Shown in pieces: positions 55,676-63,870 of a DNA stretch of 64,000 nt. This DNA is from a virus. Its lineage: Duplodnaviria > Heunggongvirae > Uroviricota > Caudoviricetes. A model generated the notes under the pieces. That model searched no databases and had not been told where the DNA came from. It saw only the letters and a program-made list of their open reading frames with translations. Both the position numbers and the translations under genes were made by a program. The number at the start of each line of letters is the position of its first letter. Position 1 is the first letter of the stretch. The DNA lies in IMG/VR virus record IMGVR_UViG_3300003267_000376. The stretch is one strand, 5' to 3'.

Positions 55676-57235
55676 TTAGCGCTTCTCAAACCCGAGCTTC
55701 TTCGTGCCACCGCGCTTCTTCGGCTCCTCATCGGCGGCCAACGGAGCAACGGCCTGCGCAGCGGCAGCGGCCGCCACGGTGGTCCCGTTCTTCTCGATGG
55801 CCTCACCCAGGATGGAAGCCGCCTTGACGGTCTCGGACCGCTCGTCCACCGCCTTGAGCTTGAGCAGCTCCAGCTGGTTGGACATGGACAGCGCGGCATC
55901 GATCAGCGCCTGCCGATCGATGACCAACGGGGCCTCCTTGCCGGACTGCTTCTGGAGGCGCAGGGCGGCCAGCTTGGCGCGCTCCACGACCTCACGCAGC
56001 ACGGCCGGGATCTGCCCGTCCATGAGGCGAGCGGCCTCGGTGATGTTCTCATCGGCCGGGATCAGGCTGTTGCCGTAGTGGCGCATCAGCCGCTCAGCGG
56101 CCTCCGCATCCGGCGGGCTGACGTGGATGACAGCATCCAACCGTCCGGGCCGCAGCATGGCCTGGTGGATCCGATCGACGTTGTTCGTGGTCAGGACCAC
56201 GAGGATCTCGGTGTTCTTGGACTCGACGCCATCAACGATGTTGAGGATCTCGTCCATGTCCACGTTCCGCTTGCCATCCAGCACGCGGTCGATGTCCTCG
56301 CAGAAGACAACGGCCGGCTGGTAGTAGCGGGCGAGACGGAGCACATCACCCAGCTCCGAAGCACGGAGGCAGTTGATGTAGGTCCACCCGTTGGCGGTGG
56401 CCAGCTCAGCGGTGGCGGTGGCCGTCATCGACTTACCAGTACCGTACTGGCTCGACAGCAGGATGCCACGCTTGAGCGGCACACCGAGGCGCCGGACCTG
56501 ATCGGTGTTCTCGATGATCGTGAACAGCGACGTGTCGATCGCGGCCTCGACTTCCTTCGAGAAGATCAGGTTCTGACGGGTGTTCCCGGGCAGGTCGAGG
56601 AACTGCGGCTGCGGCATCTCGAGGATGTCGCCGTCCTCATCACGCCAGCGCACCTGCCAGGCCTGGCCGCGATAAATGGAGTTCTCGCGCACATAGCGCT
56701 TGGTCGCCTCGACGATCTCGGCGATCTGCTTCTCATGCACGCGCTTGACCACGCCACCGATGACGAAGACCCACTGGCCATCGACGTAGTCGGCGCTGGT
56801 CTGGACGTAGCCATCGATGCCGGGCAGCTCGAAGCGGCCCCAGGGCACCTCAACCACGGTGTCCTTGCTGGTGGGCACGCTCAGCATGGTCGGCGGCTTG
56901 GGTCCGAACATGGTCGGCGTGGCCACGGAGTTGGCCCAGCCGAACTTCTCACGCAGGACCTGGTAGAACGCGTGGGCTCCATCGAACATGAAGCCGGGGA
57001 TCACCGCGTTGACCGCGACGTCCTGCTTCTCGAAGTCGATCTTCTGCTGCAGGACGACAACGGCGCGCTCCAACGGCAAGGTCTCTGGAATGACCAGCTT
57101 CTCGCCGTGGTGCACAACCTCGATTACATCGGTGATCCGCTTCTTGGTGGTCGCCATTGACTTGTCAGTCTCCTTAGTGGGGGATTGCTTGGCCGCGATC
57201 CGCTCGCGGATTCGGGTGAGTGCGTCAGACGCCAC
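55676..57235 (-). CDS. AAA+ ATPase (classic AAA clade with second region of homology)
   Basis: Walker A is GILLSSQYGTGKS and Walker B is VVFCEDID. The second region of homology is LTTNNVDRIHQAMLRPGRLDAVI. Confidence 0.85.
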   Translation of the reverse strand: MASDALTRIRERIAAKQSPTKETDKSMATTKKRITDVIEVVHHGEKLVIPETLPLERAVVVLQQKIDFEKQDVAVNAVIPGFMFDGAHAFYQVLREKFGWANSVATPTMFGPKPPTMLSVPTSKDTVVEVPWGRFELPGIDGYVQTSADYVDGQWVFVIGGVVKRVHEKQIAEIVEATKRYVRENSIYRGQAWQVRWRDEDGDILEMPQPQFLDLPGNTRQNLIFSKEVEAAIDTSLFTIIENTDQVRRLGVPLKRGILLSSQYGTGKSMTATATAELATANGWTYINCLRASELGDVLRLARYYQPAVVFCEDIDRVLDGKRNVDMDEILNIVDGVESKNTEILVVLTTNNVDRIHQAMLRPGRLDAVIHVSPPDAEAAERLMRHYGNSLIPADENITEAARLMDGQIPAVLREVVERAKLAALRLQKQSGKEAPLVIDRQALIDAALSMSNQLELLKLKAVDERSETVKAASILGEAIEKNGTTVAAAAAAQAVAPLAADEEPKKRGGTKKLGFEKR

Positions 57236-57512
57236 GGCTCTTGGCCTGGGTGTAACGCTTCAGGATGAGGCCTGTCTCGGCGTTGGTGCCGAGTCGACCT
57301 TCCATGGCTTGGATGTATTGGGCGGCAAGGCGTGATGATTCGGGCCGTTTCTTGGCCTCGGCCCGACAGTCCTTGCACAAATACACCGGCTGCACCCCAT
57401 TGATGGGAGTCAACTCCATCACGCAGCCTTCATAGGTCTTGTTGAACTTGTGGGGTCGGGTCTCATCGCAGCGAGCACAGATCAGCTGCATGAGATCAAT
57501 CGTGTTCGGCAT
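57225..57512 (-). CDS. zinc-finger small protein
   Basis: CARCDE...CKDC. Confidence 0.45.
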   Translation of the reverse strand: MPNTIDLMQLICARCDETRPHKFNKTYEGCVMELTPINGVQPVYLCKDCRAEAKKRPESSRLAAQYIQAMEGRLGTNAETGLILKRYTQAKSRGV

Positions 57513-57751
57513 CAGTGCACGATGGTGAGATCAATGCCCTTAGAGACATTGAGTTGCTCGATGCATTGAGCAACGGCTCCGCTCAATGACGTCTTCACGC
57601 CACCTAGTCCGATTGGGACGCCGTCAACGTGGGCAATGGCCATGACTTGCCATCCCAACGTGCCAGTACCAGTCGAATCGAAGATGGCCTGGACCTTGAT
57701 GTCTTCGGGCTTGATGCCTGCATCTAGCAGAGGCTTGAGGGGCTGGCTCAT
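57512..57751 (-). CDS. hypothetical protein
   Basis: The start is preceded by conserved leader element A and an AAGGAG RBS. Confidence 0.5.
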   Translation of the reverse strand: MSQPLKPLLDAGIKPEDIKVQAIFDSTGTGTLGWQVMAIAHVDGVPIGLGGVKTSLSGAVAQCIEQLNVSKGIDLTIVH

Positions 57752-57848
57752 GTTGTCACCTTGGCAGGCTCCTTACGTGTGGGGTTGGCGTGCTGCGTTG
57801 CATGGGATTGGCAATCGGGTCAGCCCGCAGCGCAGACTGACCCGATTG
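57752..57848 (-). promoter_or_regulatory. conserved leader element A (hairpin + ~47-nt motif + RBS)
   Basis: The hairpin is CAATCGGGTCAG/CTGACCCGATTG. The motif TTGCCAATCCCATGCAACGCA...CACACGTAAGGAG, read on the minus strand, ends at the RBS. Confidence 0.6.
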
Positions 57849-57879
57849 ATGTTCGTGTGGCCATGGACACTCGATTAGG

Positions 57880-58179
57880 TCACGTCGGCTCTCCGTAGAT
57901 GTCACCGAGATCGGGACGCCACCAGAGATCAGCCGTAGTGATGGGCTCGACCTTGGTGACCAGGGTGGTGGTGATGAGTCGAAGATTGCCGCTATCCAGC
58001 GGCGGGCCATAGATCTCAACCGGGTGACCCACTTCGACACGAGTGTGACCCCAGAGTTCGCCTTCCTCCGTGCGGAGTGACGCCTCCGGGTCGCTGGCAC
58101 CGGAAGTAGCGGTGCGCTTCCACGTCTTGGCATCGTGGTCAAGTTCGTAGGTGCTGTTGAGCGTGGTGAATCGGATCAT
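57880..58179 (-). CDS. hypothetical protein
   Basis: From internal Met MIRFTTLN. Confidence 0.4.
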   Translation of the reverse strand: MIRFTTLNSTYELDHDAKTWKRTATSGASDPEASLRTEEGELWGHTRVEVGHPVEIYGPPLDSGNLRLITTTLVTKVEPITTADLWWRPDLGDIYGEPT

Positions 58180-58180
58180 C

Positions 58181-58351
58181 ACACCTCCCGCCAGGCTCGA
58201 CTGAACATGAGGTAGAAGCCGATCATGGCTACCACGTCGAGGAAGACCCACACCCACTCTTGCTTGGTGATGTGGTTGTCGATGATCCAGGCGAGGAGAA
58301 TGAAGCCGATGGCGCTGAACACGAGTTCAGCCCACGACTTCCAGCGTGCCT
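58181..58351 (-). CDS. small membrane protein (56 aa)
   Basis: Hand-translated product MKARWKSWAELVFSAIGFILLAWIIDNH... This ORF is not in the track. Confidence 0.35.
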
Positions 58352-58681
58352 TCATTTGAGGATCTCGATGAGGTTCTTCAGCGCCGCTCCCTCGGGAAAG
58401 ATCAGCCCAGGTAGTGACGCGAACAACAGGCCACCACCGAAGACCAACGGGACCAGCCCGAGCAGCCCGATCATGAACCAGCTGTCATCATTGGATTTGA
58501 CGACGCCGATAACCGTGGCGATGATGATCACCACACCGGTCACCAGCAACAATGTGCCAGCGATCACGCCGGTCAAGTTCTCGGCAAACGCTTGCCCCAC
58601 GAGGATATGCCACGCGGCTTGAGCAGTCGGCCCGAGGCGATTCCCGAGTTCATCGAGGACCTTGACGATCTCGTCACTCAT
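58352..58681 (-). CDS. membrane protein
   Basis: Starts at MSDEIVKVL and has 2-3 TM helices. Confidence 0.45.
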   Translation of the reverse strand: MSDEIVKVLDELGNRLGPTAQAAWHILVGQAFAENLTGVIAGTLLLVTGVVIIIATVIGVVKSNDDSWFMIGLLGLVPLVFGGGLLFASLPGLIFPEGAALKNLIEILK

Positions 58682-58866
58682 TGAGCAAGCTCCTTCTTGG
58701 CTTGACGAGCCTTGGCTGCGTGCGGCTTGCACATCCCGTCCTCACGAGGGATCTCGAAGCACAGCTCCTCAGCGCACACGCTTTTGGTGGTGCGGGCGAA
58801 GCGCCAGGCACCAACGCTATTGGGTCGCCGATTGCCGATGTGGACTCGATTGATCTCGCTGACCAT
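58678..58866 (-). CDS. small basic Cys-containing protein
   Basis: 62 aa. Confidence 0.35.
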   Translation of the reverse strand: MVSEINRVHIGNRRPNSVGAWRFARTTKSVCAEELCFEIPREDGMCKPHAAKARQAKKELAQ

Positions 58867-58938
58867 GACGGCCTCCATATCTGACCTTGTGGGTCTTGCG
58901 TGGGAGCGGGACGAGTCGCCCGCTATGCATGCGGCGCT

Positions 58939-59301
58939 TCATCGGTCTGTTATCCGAATCGGGCCGCGTGTGAGTACGCCGTGCTCGAAGTAGCACGAGT
59001 ATTCGAACCACTCATTGGTGGCATCGTTGTTGTCGTAGAAGCGCACTTCACCAGTGAAATCGACGCGGCTGTAGCCGATGGGCACGCGGGTCATGGCACC
59101 GGCGAACCGCATCAAGCCCTTGGCCTTCGGATCGCTGCGATCCTCGATGCGGTAGTCCTCATGTTCGAGGATACCGTTATGGTTGATGCGGTAGGTATCT
59201 AGGTACGGTTCGGCGAACGATTTCGTCTGGAAGTTCGGTTCGAACGAGGCAGGCAGCCCCGCTAACGGGAGCTGACACTCGACGTAATCAAACATCCCCA
59301 T
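58939..59301 (-). CDS. hypothetical protein
   Basis: Starts at MGMFDYVE. Confidence 0.4.
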   Translation of the reverse strand: MGMFDYVECQLPLAGLPASFEPNFQTKSFAEPYLDTYRINHNGILEHEDYRIEDRSDPKAKGLMRFAGAMTRVPIGYSRVDFTGEVRFYDNNDATNEWFEYSCYFEHGVLTRGPIRITDR

Positions 59302-59698
59302 GGCGCATGTCCTCGATGATGCGATGGATTTCTTCGGCGATGAACTCGCCGTCGTCTGACCATCCGAACTCATTACCAGCCACGAACCGCCGCTCAATCT
59401 CGTCCAGCACCGCGTTGCGGGCCTCTCGCCTGAGCAGGTCAAGGTCTACAGGCCACTCGTCACCCGTCTCAGGGTCGAGCATGAAGGTGCGTGGGTCACC
59501 GCCAGACCAGTTCGCGGCGGTGATATTCAGATTTCGGTCACGAAGGTGTTTTGCCATGCGTTCGCACGGCCACGGATGCGGATGCTCTCCATCGTGTGGG
59601 CTTTCATTGCTGCCGTCCACATGAGTGAGCACGCCCTGCTCGATGGAGCACATCGTCTCGTGGAAGAACTGCCGCAAAGCATCGTTATGGTTGCTCAT
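59288..59698 (-). CDS. hypothetical protein
   Basis: 136 aa. Confidence 0.45.
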   Translation of the reverse strand: MSNHNDALRQFFHETMCSIEQGVLTHVDGSNESPHDGEHPHPWPCERMAKHLRDRNLNITAANWSGGDPRTFMLDPETGDEWPVDLDLLRREARNAVLDEIERRFVAGNEFGWSDDGEFIAEEIHRIIEDMRHGDV

Positions 59699-59871
59699 GG
59701 GTAGAACGGCTCCGCTTCCCGCATGCGTACCTCATCCTCACCGAGACGCTCAACAAGGCGGCGACGCTGCTCAGCCTCGATGGCTGCCTTCTGGCGTGCC
59801 AAGTCCTCGTCGCTAAGCGACCTCGGCCATGGCTGCGGCTTGGACTTCCCCAAACGGTCATTTTGTGACAT
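59695..59871 (-). CDS. small hypothetical protein (58 aa)
   Basis: Hand-translated product MSQNDRLGKSKPQPWPRSLSDEDLARQKAAIEAEQRRRLVERLG... It has an ATGA overlap with the downstream gene. Confidence 0.35.
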   Translation of the reverse strand: MSQNDRLGKSKPQPWPRSLSDEDLARQKAAIEAEQRRRLVERLGEDEVRMREAEPFYP

Positions 59872-60076
59872 GGCGTGAGTCCTTCCACCAGCCGTAGAAC
59901 TTCCACGTAATCCATGCGTACAGGAACACGGCAGGCAGCCATGCCCATTGACCCCGGATAATGAGGAAGGCGTACATCAACACGAACACGGCCTCGATTA
60001 CCATGCCGCTGCCGTACACCCACGGGGCGATACGCTTCCGCAAAGACTGCTTATTTGACTCACTCATGAACAGCAC
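59858..60076 (-). CDS. membrane protein
   Basis: 72 aa with two TM helices. Confidence 0.4.
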   Translation of the reverse strand: MLFMSESNKQSLRKRIAPWVYGSGMVIEAVFVLMYAFLIIRGQWAWLPAVFLYAWITWKFYGWWKDSRHVTK

Positions 60077-60405
60077 TCTTTCTGGTTCGGTTCACCGGGA
60101 TCATCCGGCCAGACTGAAAAGACGTTCCGATACATCTCTACCAAGTCCGCCGCCCAACTCTGACCGTCAATCGCATGTTCATGCCGGATGAGTTGAAGAT
60201 GAGCGATAAGGTCATCTATCGCGTCTTGCGGGGTGCGTCCTTCACCGAACATGGGCGAATCGGTGTCGTAAGCAACAAAGGGACACTCGTCTTCAGGATC
60301 GTGGTACTCGCGCCGCACCTTCCCACGAATGACGCCCTGACCGATGCTGACGGCAAAGATGGTTGTATCGGCATGATTCACAACGGTGCTTGACTTCTTG
60401 CTCAT
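60064..60405 (-). CDS. hypothetical protein
   Basis: 113 aa. Confidence 0.45.
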   Translation of the reverse strand: MSKKSSTVVNHADTTIFAVSIGQGVIRGKVRREYHDPEDECPFVAYDTDSPMFGEGRTPQDAIDDLIAHLQLIRHEHAIDGQSWAADLVEMYRNVFSVWPDDPGEPNQKECCS

Positions 60406-60677
60406 TGCCTTGTCTCATCAAGAATGTTAGGGATGTCGTCAACGTTGGGCAGATTCATGATGGTCTCATCGGTCAACGAGAACGCACCATCGACCAAGCC
60501 CGAGATGGCATCCCGCAACGCTTCGAGTGGTGTCGGACCAGCGCCGAGATGGATGGTCTCGCTAGGGTGATCGATCACGGCACAGGCCAGCATCTTGAGT
60601 TCGCCATCGTCACCGATGACCTTGAAGAAAGCGTAGCCCTGGCTCCACAACGTGCGGCGGATTTGTTCGGTGATCAT
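60402..60677 (-). CDS. hypothetical protein
   Basis: 91 aa. Confidence 0.45.
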   Translation of the reverse strand: MITEQIRRTLWSQGYAFFKVIGDDGELKMLACAVIDHPSETIHLGAGPTPLEALRDAISGLVDGAFSLTDETIMNLPNVDDIPNILDETRQ

Positions 60678-60928
60678 CGTGGTACTCGCAAGGGATGGAT
60701 CTGAGGCTTCACGGTCTTGCCGAGTTTCGCTCGCTTACGAGCATACGCCTGCCGTTGCAGTTGGAGTTCATGCTCACGAAAGCCTGGCTTCTGACGTTGG
60801 CGTTGGCGCCATTCACGATGGTACTGGCGCTTCTCCTCGGACATCTCATGATGCTCACCAGGTAGATACGCCTCATCACCTTCGATTTGCAGCGTGGCTA
60901 CCCAGCGTTCATAGGCGGCATCGTCCAT
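60674..60928 (-). CDS. hypothetical basic protein
   Basis: Starts at MDDAAYERW. It is preceded by leader element B and an AAGGAG RBS. Confidence 0.45.
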   Translation of the reverse strand: MDDAAYERWVATLQIEGDEAYLPGEHHEMSEEKRQYHREWRQRQRQKPGFREHELQLQRQAYARKRAKLGKTVKPQIHPLRVPR

Positions 60929-61016
60929 GACGGACTCCTTACGTGTGTGGTGCGGCGTGTGCGTCGCATTGGATTGGCAATCGGCGCAGCCCGCAATGCA
61001 GACTACGCCATTGCCT
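60929..61016 (-). promoter_or_regulatory. conserved leader element B
   Basis: Same motif and hairpin arrangement as A, upstream of the gene that starts at 60928. Confidence 0.6.
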
Positions 61017-61197
61017 ACTACTAGGGGAACAGTGGTGTGCCCCGATGATCGCGAGGATGGTCCCGCTTCACCTGCTGGATCCACGCCAGTGGGTACAGCA
61101 CCACAGCACAGCGTGCACATGGCCGCATCTGCTGCTCAAGGTTGACGTACCCCAGTGGCGTGTGACCAAAGATGAAGCAGGTCAGCCGCTTCAACAT

Positions 61198-61701
61198 CTA
61201 CCCGACCAGCTTCTGGCACTCATCGGTGAAATCATTGCAGACCCTGCAATAGACACCGTCAGCGTCGGAGTCGTGATTGCTGCCACGATGGCCACAACCA
61301 CAGAACGCAGCGAGATCGATCTTGCCCTGGGCAGCGACGGCTTCTTCGCGCTCCTCGGCATCTTCACGCCGCAGCGGAGCGTCCTCGTCCTCCTCCTCTT
61401 CCTCATCGGCGTGGTTACCGATGGGCTTGGCGGGGATGGGGTAGAAGGTGAACGCGTCATCGGCCACCCACACGGTGACGGCCTCACCGTGGGGATCCAC
61501 GTTGATCTCGATGCCAGTGCCGCGCTCAATCGCAATCTGGTACTGCGTATTGCCGATCGAGGCGTAGGCATGGCGCAGCAACTCCTTGAGCAAGCGCATG
61601 CGCTGCTCAGGGTTGTCACCGGCCAGATAGATGCCGCCAACGACCATTTGTTGGTTCTTGACGGAACGATAGATGAGGTAATCGCCCTTGCGAATGTCCA
61701 T
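61198..61701 (-). CDS. hypothetical protein with acidic linker and C-terminal Cys cluster
   Basis: 167 aa. This is preferred over the overlapping Arg/Ser-rich frame. Confidence 0.5.
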   Translation of the reverse strand: MDIRKGDYLIYRSVKNQQMVVGGIYLAGDNPEQRMRLLKELLRHAYASIGNTQYQIAIERGTGIEINVDPHGEAVTVWVADDAFTFYPIPAKPIGNHADEEEEEDEDAPLRREDAEEREEAVAAQGKIDLAAFCGCGHRGSNHDSDADGVYCRVCNDFTDECQKLVG

Positions 61702-61725
61702 CGGAAGTGTGCGTCTCCTGTGCGG

Positions 61726-62124
61726 CTAGGCCGCTCTAATGTGCGGTGAACGAGTGCGGTAGCCCGTGGGCCCACCAATCGAGCCCACCACCACCTGGAT
61801 GGAGGGCTGAATGGCTTCCCACTCGGCTCGCAGCATGGTGGCGTACATGGCTCGCCAGGCTGCCTCGTCATCGGTGCTGAACGAGTGACACTCCTCAGTG
61901 TCGGGGTCACGCGCATCGATCTCGAAGACGAGTGTGCGACTGCCACGTGACTCCGTCTCTGGAAGTGCTGCGATGTATTGAGCCGCTTGGCTCGCGGACG
62001 AGTGAGATTCGCTCAAAGCACGATCATCGCCATTGGCCGCGACAAACGCGACCAACGCGATGGCTTCGGGGTCCTCCGCTAGATAGCCCTGGACGAGGGC
62101 TGAATCGAGGACGAGCGAGGTCAT
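61726..62124 (-). CDS. hypothetical protein
   Basis: Starts at MTSLVLDS. An ATGA overlap suggests coupling. Confidence 0.45.
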   Translation of the reverse strand: MTSLVLDSALVQGYLAEDPEAIALVAFVAANGDDRALSESHSSASQAAQYIAALPETESRGSRTLVFEIDARDPDTEECHSFSTDDEAAWRAMYATMLRAEWEAIQPSIQVVVGSIGGPTGYRTRSPHIRAA

Positions 62125-62378
62125 CAGAATAGGTAATCCTCCAGCCGCCGCACCGTCTCGCAGTTGGTGCAGAGGCAGGTGGGACCGTGCCGTGCCCACA
62201 AGGGACGACGCTCATTGCGCTCCCAGTGACGAGCGGCCACGATCTCGGGGCTGACCTTGACGATGTGCGCGGCACCGCTCTCATCAATCGTGACGGTGTC
62301 GGCTTCGGGGTAGGTATCGGTGCGCATCGCCATGGGCACCGCATACGGGAACGGGCTGGTGCGAACGATCTCCATCAT
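62124..62378 (-). CDS. hypothetical protein
   Basis: Starts at MMEIVRTSP. ATGATG overlaps the upstream stop. Confidence 0.4.
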   Translation of the reverse strand: MMEIVRTSPFPYAVPMAMRTDTYPEADTVTIDESGAAHIVKVSPEIVAARHWERNERRPLWARHGPTCLCTNCETVRRLEDYLF

Positions 62379-62569
62379 GGCCGCATCCCTACCACCAGGC
62401 GAGCACGACGCCGCCAACGATGCAGACGAGTGACGCGCAGCGGCTTGACCAGTTCGGCCAAGCGCAGATCAGCATCGCTGAAATGCGGCTCACGTCGCTT
62501 GATCGCAGACGTGGCGGCCTCAGCGTTCAGCATCTCGATGGTGTAGAGCGGATCGCTGCTGGTGACCAT
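62375..62569 (-). CDS. hypothetical protein
   Basis: 64 aa. Confidence 0.3.
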   Translation of the reverse strand: MVTSSDPLYTIEMLNAEAATSAIKRREPHFSDADLRLAELVKPLRVTRLHRWRRRARLVVGMRP

Positions 62570-62732
62570 GTCGGTCTCCTTGTGGGTACCGGTAGCGGTA
62601 CAACTTCAGGCTGTTGCTCATGACGTAGTTGCCAACGAACAGGCTCACATAGAGGCGAGCCATGCGTCGGTTGAGCGACGACGATGGACCATCCACCGCT
62701 AGCCGTAGCCAGGGTGGGCCGACAATGAACAT
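62520..62732 (-). CDS. hypothetical protein
   Basis: The start codon lies at a conserved distance downstream of leader element C. Confidence 0.3.
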   Translation of the reverse strand: MFIVGPPWLRLAVDGPSSSLNRRMARLYVSLFVGNYVMSNSLKLYRYRYPQGDRHGHQQRSALHHRDAER

Positions 62733-62815
62733 AGCGTCCTCACGTGTCGTGGTTGGCTTATGCGTTGCGGCGTATTGGCAATGGGCATGGCCCGCAGTGC
62801 AGACCACGCCCATTG
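62733..62815 (-). promoter_or_regulatory. conserved leader element C
   Basis: Same motif. The hairpin CAATGGGCATGG/CCACGCCCATTG is a compensatory variant of the A hairpin. Confidence 0.55.
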
Positions 62816-62832
62816 ACCAGTGCGTCGGTGTG

Positions 62833-63021
62833 CTACTCGCCGAGAGCAGCGAGATGCTGACGAGCGAGAGCGCCGAGTTCCTGCTTGTCCGTGTCGGGCA
62901 GCTCCCGCCACTGAGCGAGGAACTCAGCGTTGGTCTCGGTCTCCAGCTTCAGGACCTTGAATGCGGGCTTGAGATCACCGACCTCAGGCTTGAGGTCAGC
63001 AGCCTCACCTCCAGTGGCCAT
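62833..63021 (-). CDS. hypothetical protein
   Basis: 62 aa with an AAAGGAGG RBS. Confidence 0.4.
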   Translation of the reverse strand: MATGGEAADLKPEVGDLKPAFKVLKLETETNAEFLAQWRELPDTDKQELGALARQHLAALGE

Positions 63022-63063
63022 GTCGGCCTCCTTTGTGCTGGGATGGTGCCGCGATCTACGACA

Positions 63064-63106
63064 CTCACGCGAGCAGCACCACCGACGAGTGATGCTGCCT
63101 CGTGAG
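63064..63106 (-). terminator. stem-loop (CTCACGCGAGCAGCA/TGCTGCCTCGTGAG) just downstream of gene 63111..63254
   Basis: An inverted repeat of ~13 bp with one mismatch. Confidence 0.35.
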
Positions 63107-63110
63107 AGCC

Positions 63111-63254
63111 CTAGTCACCAGCGATGACCCAGCGCAAGGCTAGGTACAGCACCAGTGAGAAGAACACGACCGCGACGCCAATCGCCGCGAACGTGAACAA
63201 GCGGAGAACGATCTCCGCCAGACCCTGGAGCGTGGTACTGAGGTTCGCCGCCAT
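63111..63254 (-). CDS. small membrane protein
   Basis: Starts at MAANLSTTLQGLAEIVLRLFTFAAIGVAVVFF. Confidence 0.3.
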   Translation of the reverse strand: MAANLSTTLQGLAEIVLRLFTFAAIGVAVVFFSLVLYLALRWVIAGD

Positions 63255-63264
63255 GATTGTCACC

Positions 63265-63456
63265 TCACTTCGTACTGAGCCAGCAGGCTTCACACAACAG
63301 ATCGTGTCCTGGGAGGGCGTCGCAGCCGCCGCACCAGTCACACGCTGCATGCTCACCAGAGTGGTTCACACAGTGTGCGTCGGGCTCGTTAGGCTCGAAC
63401 TCCCGCCACAGTGCGTCGCACTCGGTACAGACTGCCTTGATTGCGACCGCCGCCAT
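63265..63456 (-). CDS. Cys-rich zinc-binding-like small protein
   Basis: CTECD...HCVNH...CDWCGGC...CEAC. Confidence 0.4.
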   Translation of the reverse strand: MAAVAIKAVCTECDALWREFEPNEPDAHCVNHSGEHAACDWCGGCDALPGHDLLCEACWLSTK

Positions 63457-63870
63457 ACGAGTGTCCTCCTCCAAGAGAGAGAGAGTGAACCAAAAGGGGA
63501 CTGCCACTAGGTGAGGGCTTATCTGTTCGGGTGCCCCACGTATCGGTGGAGGGCAAAGTTTGAGAACAGCGCCTCACCTAGCGCAGATAGGGAAGTGTGA
63601 GGCGTGCTTTGGTCAGCGCACGCGAGCATATAGGCAGTGCTTAACGCCACTGCCACCGTGCCACTTCGAGCATACGCTCAGGGCTGCTGCTGCACCCTAA
63701 CGAGTGGGCTTCGGCGCAGAGTGGATTATTGCAAAAACAACGGTCACCACTCGTCGCTCGCCGCACAAAGTTTGCAACTTTTCCGTGCGGACCGAACGAG
63801 TGGCCGCTCGCCATGTGAGTGCAAGGCATAGGAAAGGCCGGCCCCAGGTGGGACCGGCCTTCCGTGGGTT

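Noticed and set aside
55456-55899. 147-aa minus-strand ORF overlapping the 3' end of the AAA ATPase
   Set aside because: Most of it is Pro/Arg/Ser-rich and overlaps the ATPase. A short real ORF may exist in its last ~70 codons but its start could not be fixed.
59685-60023. 112-aa minus-strand ORF
   Set aside because: Arg-rich junk. It was replaced by the membrane ORF 59858..60076 and the 58-aa ORF 59695..59871.
61191-61946. 251-aa minus-strand ORF
   Set aside because: It has an Arg/Ser/Pro-rich artefact composition. The same DNA is better explained by 61198..61701 and 61726..62124 in other frames.
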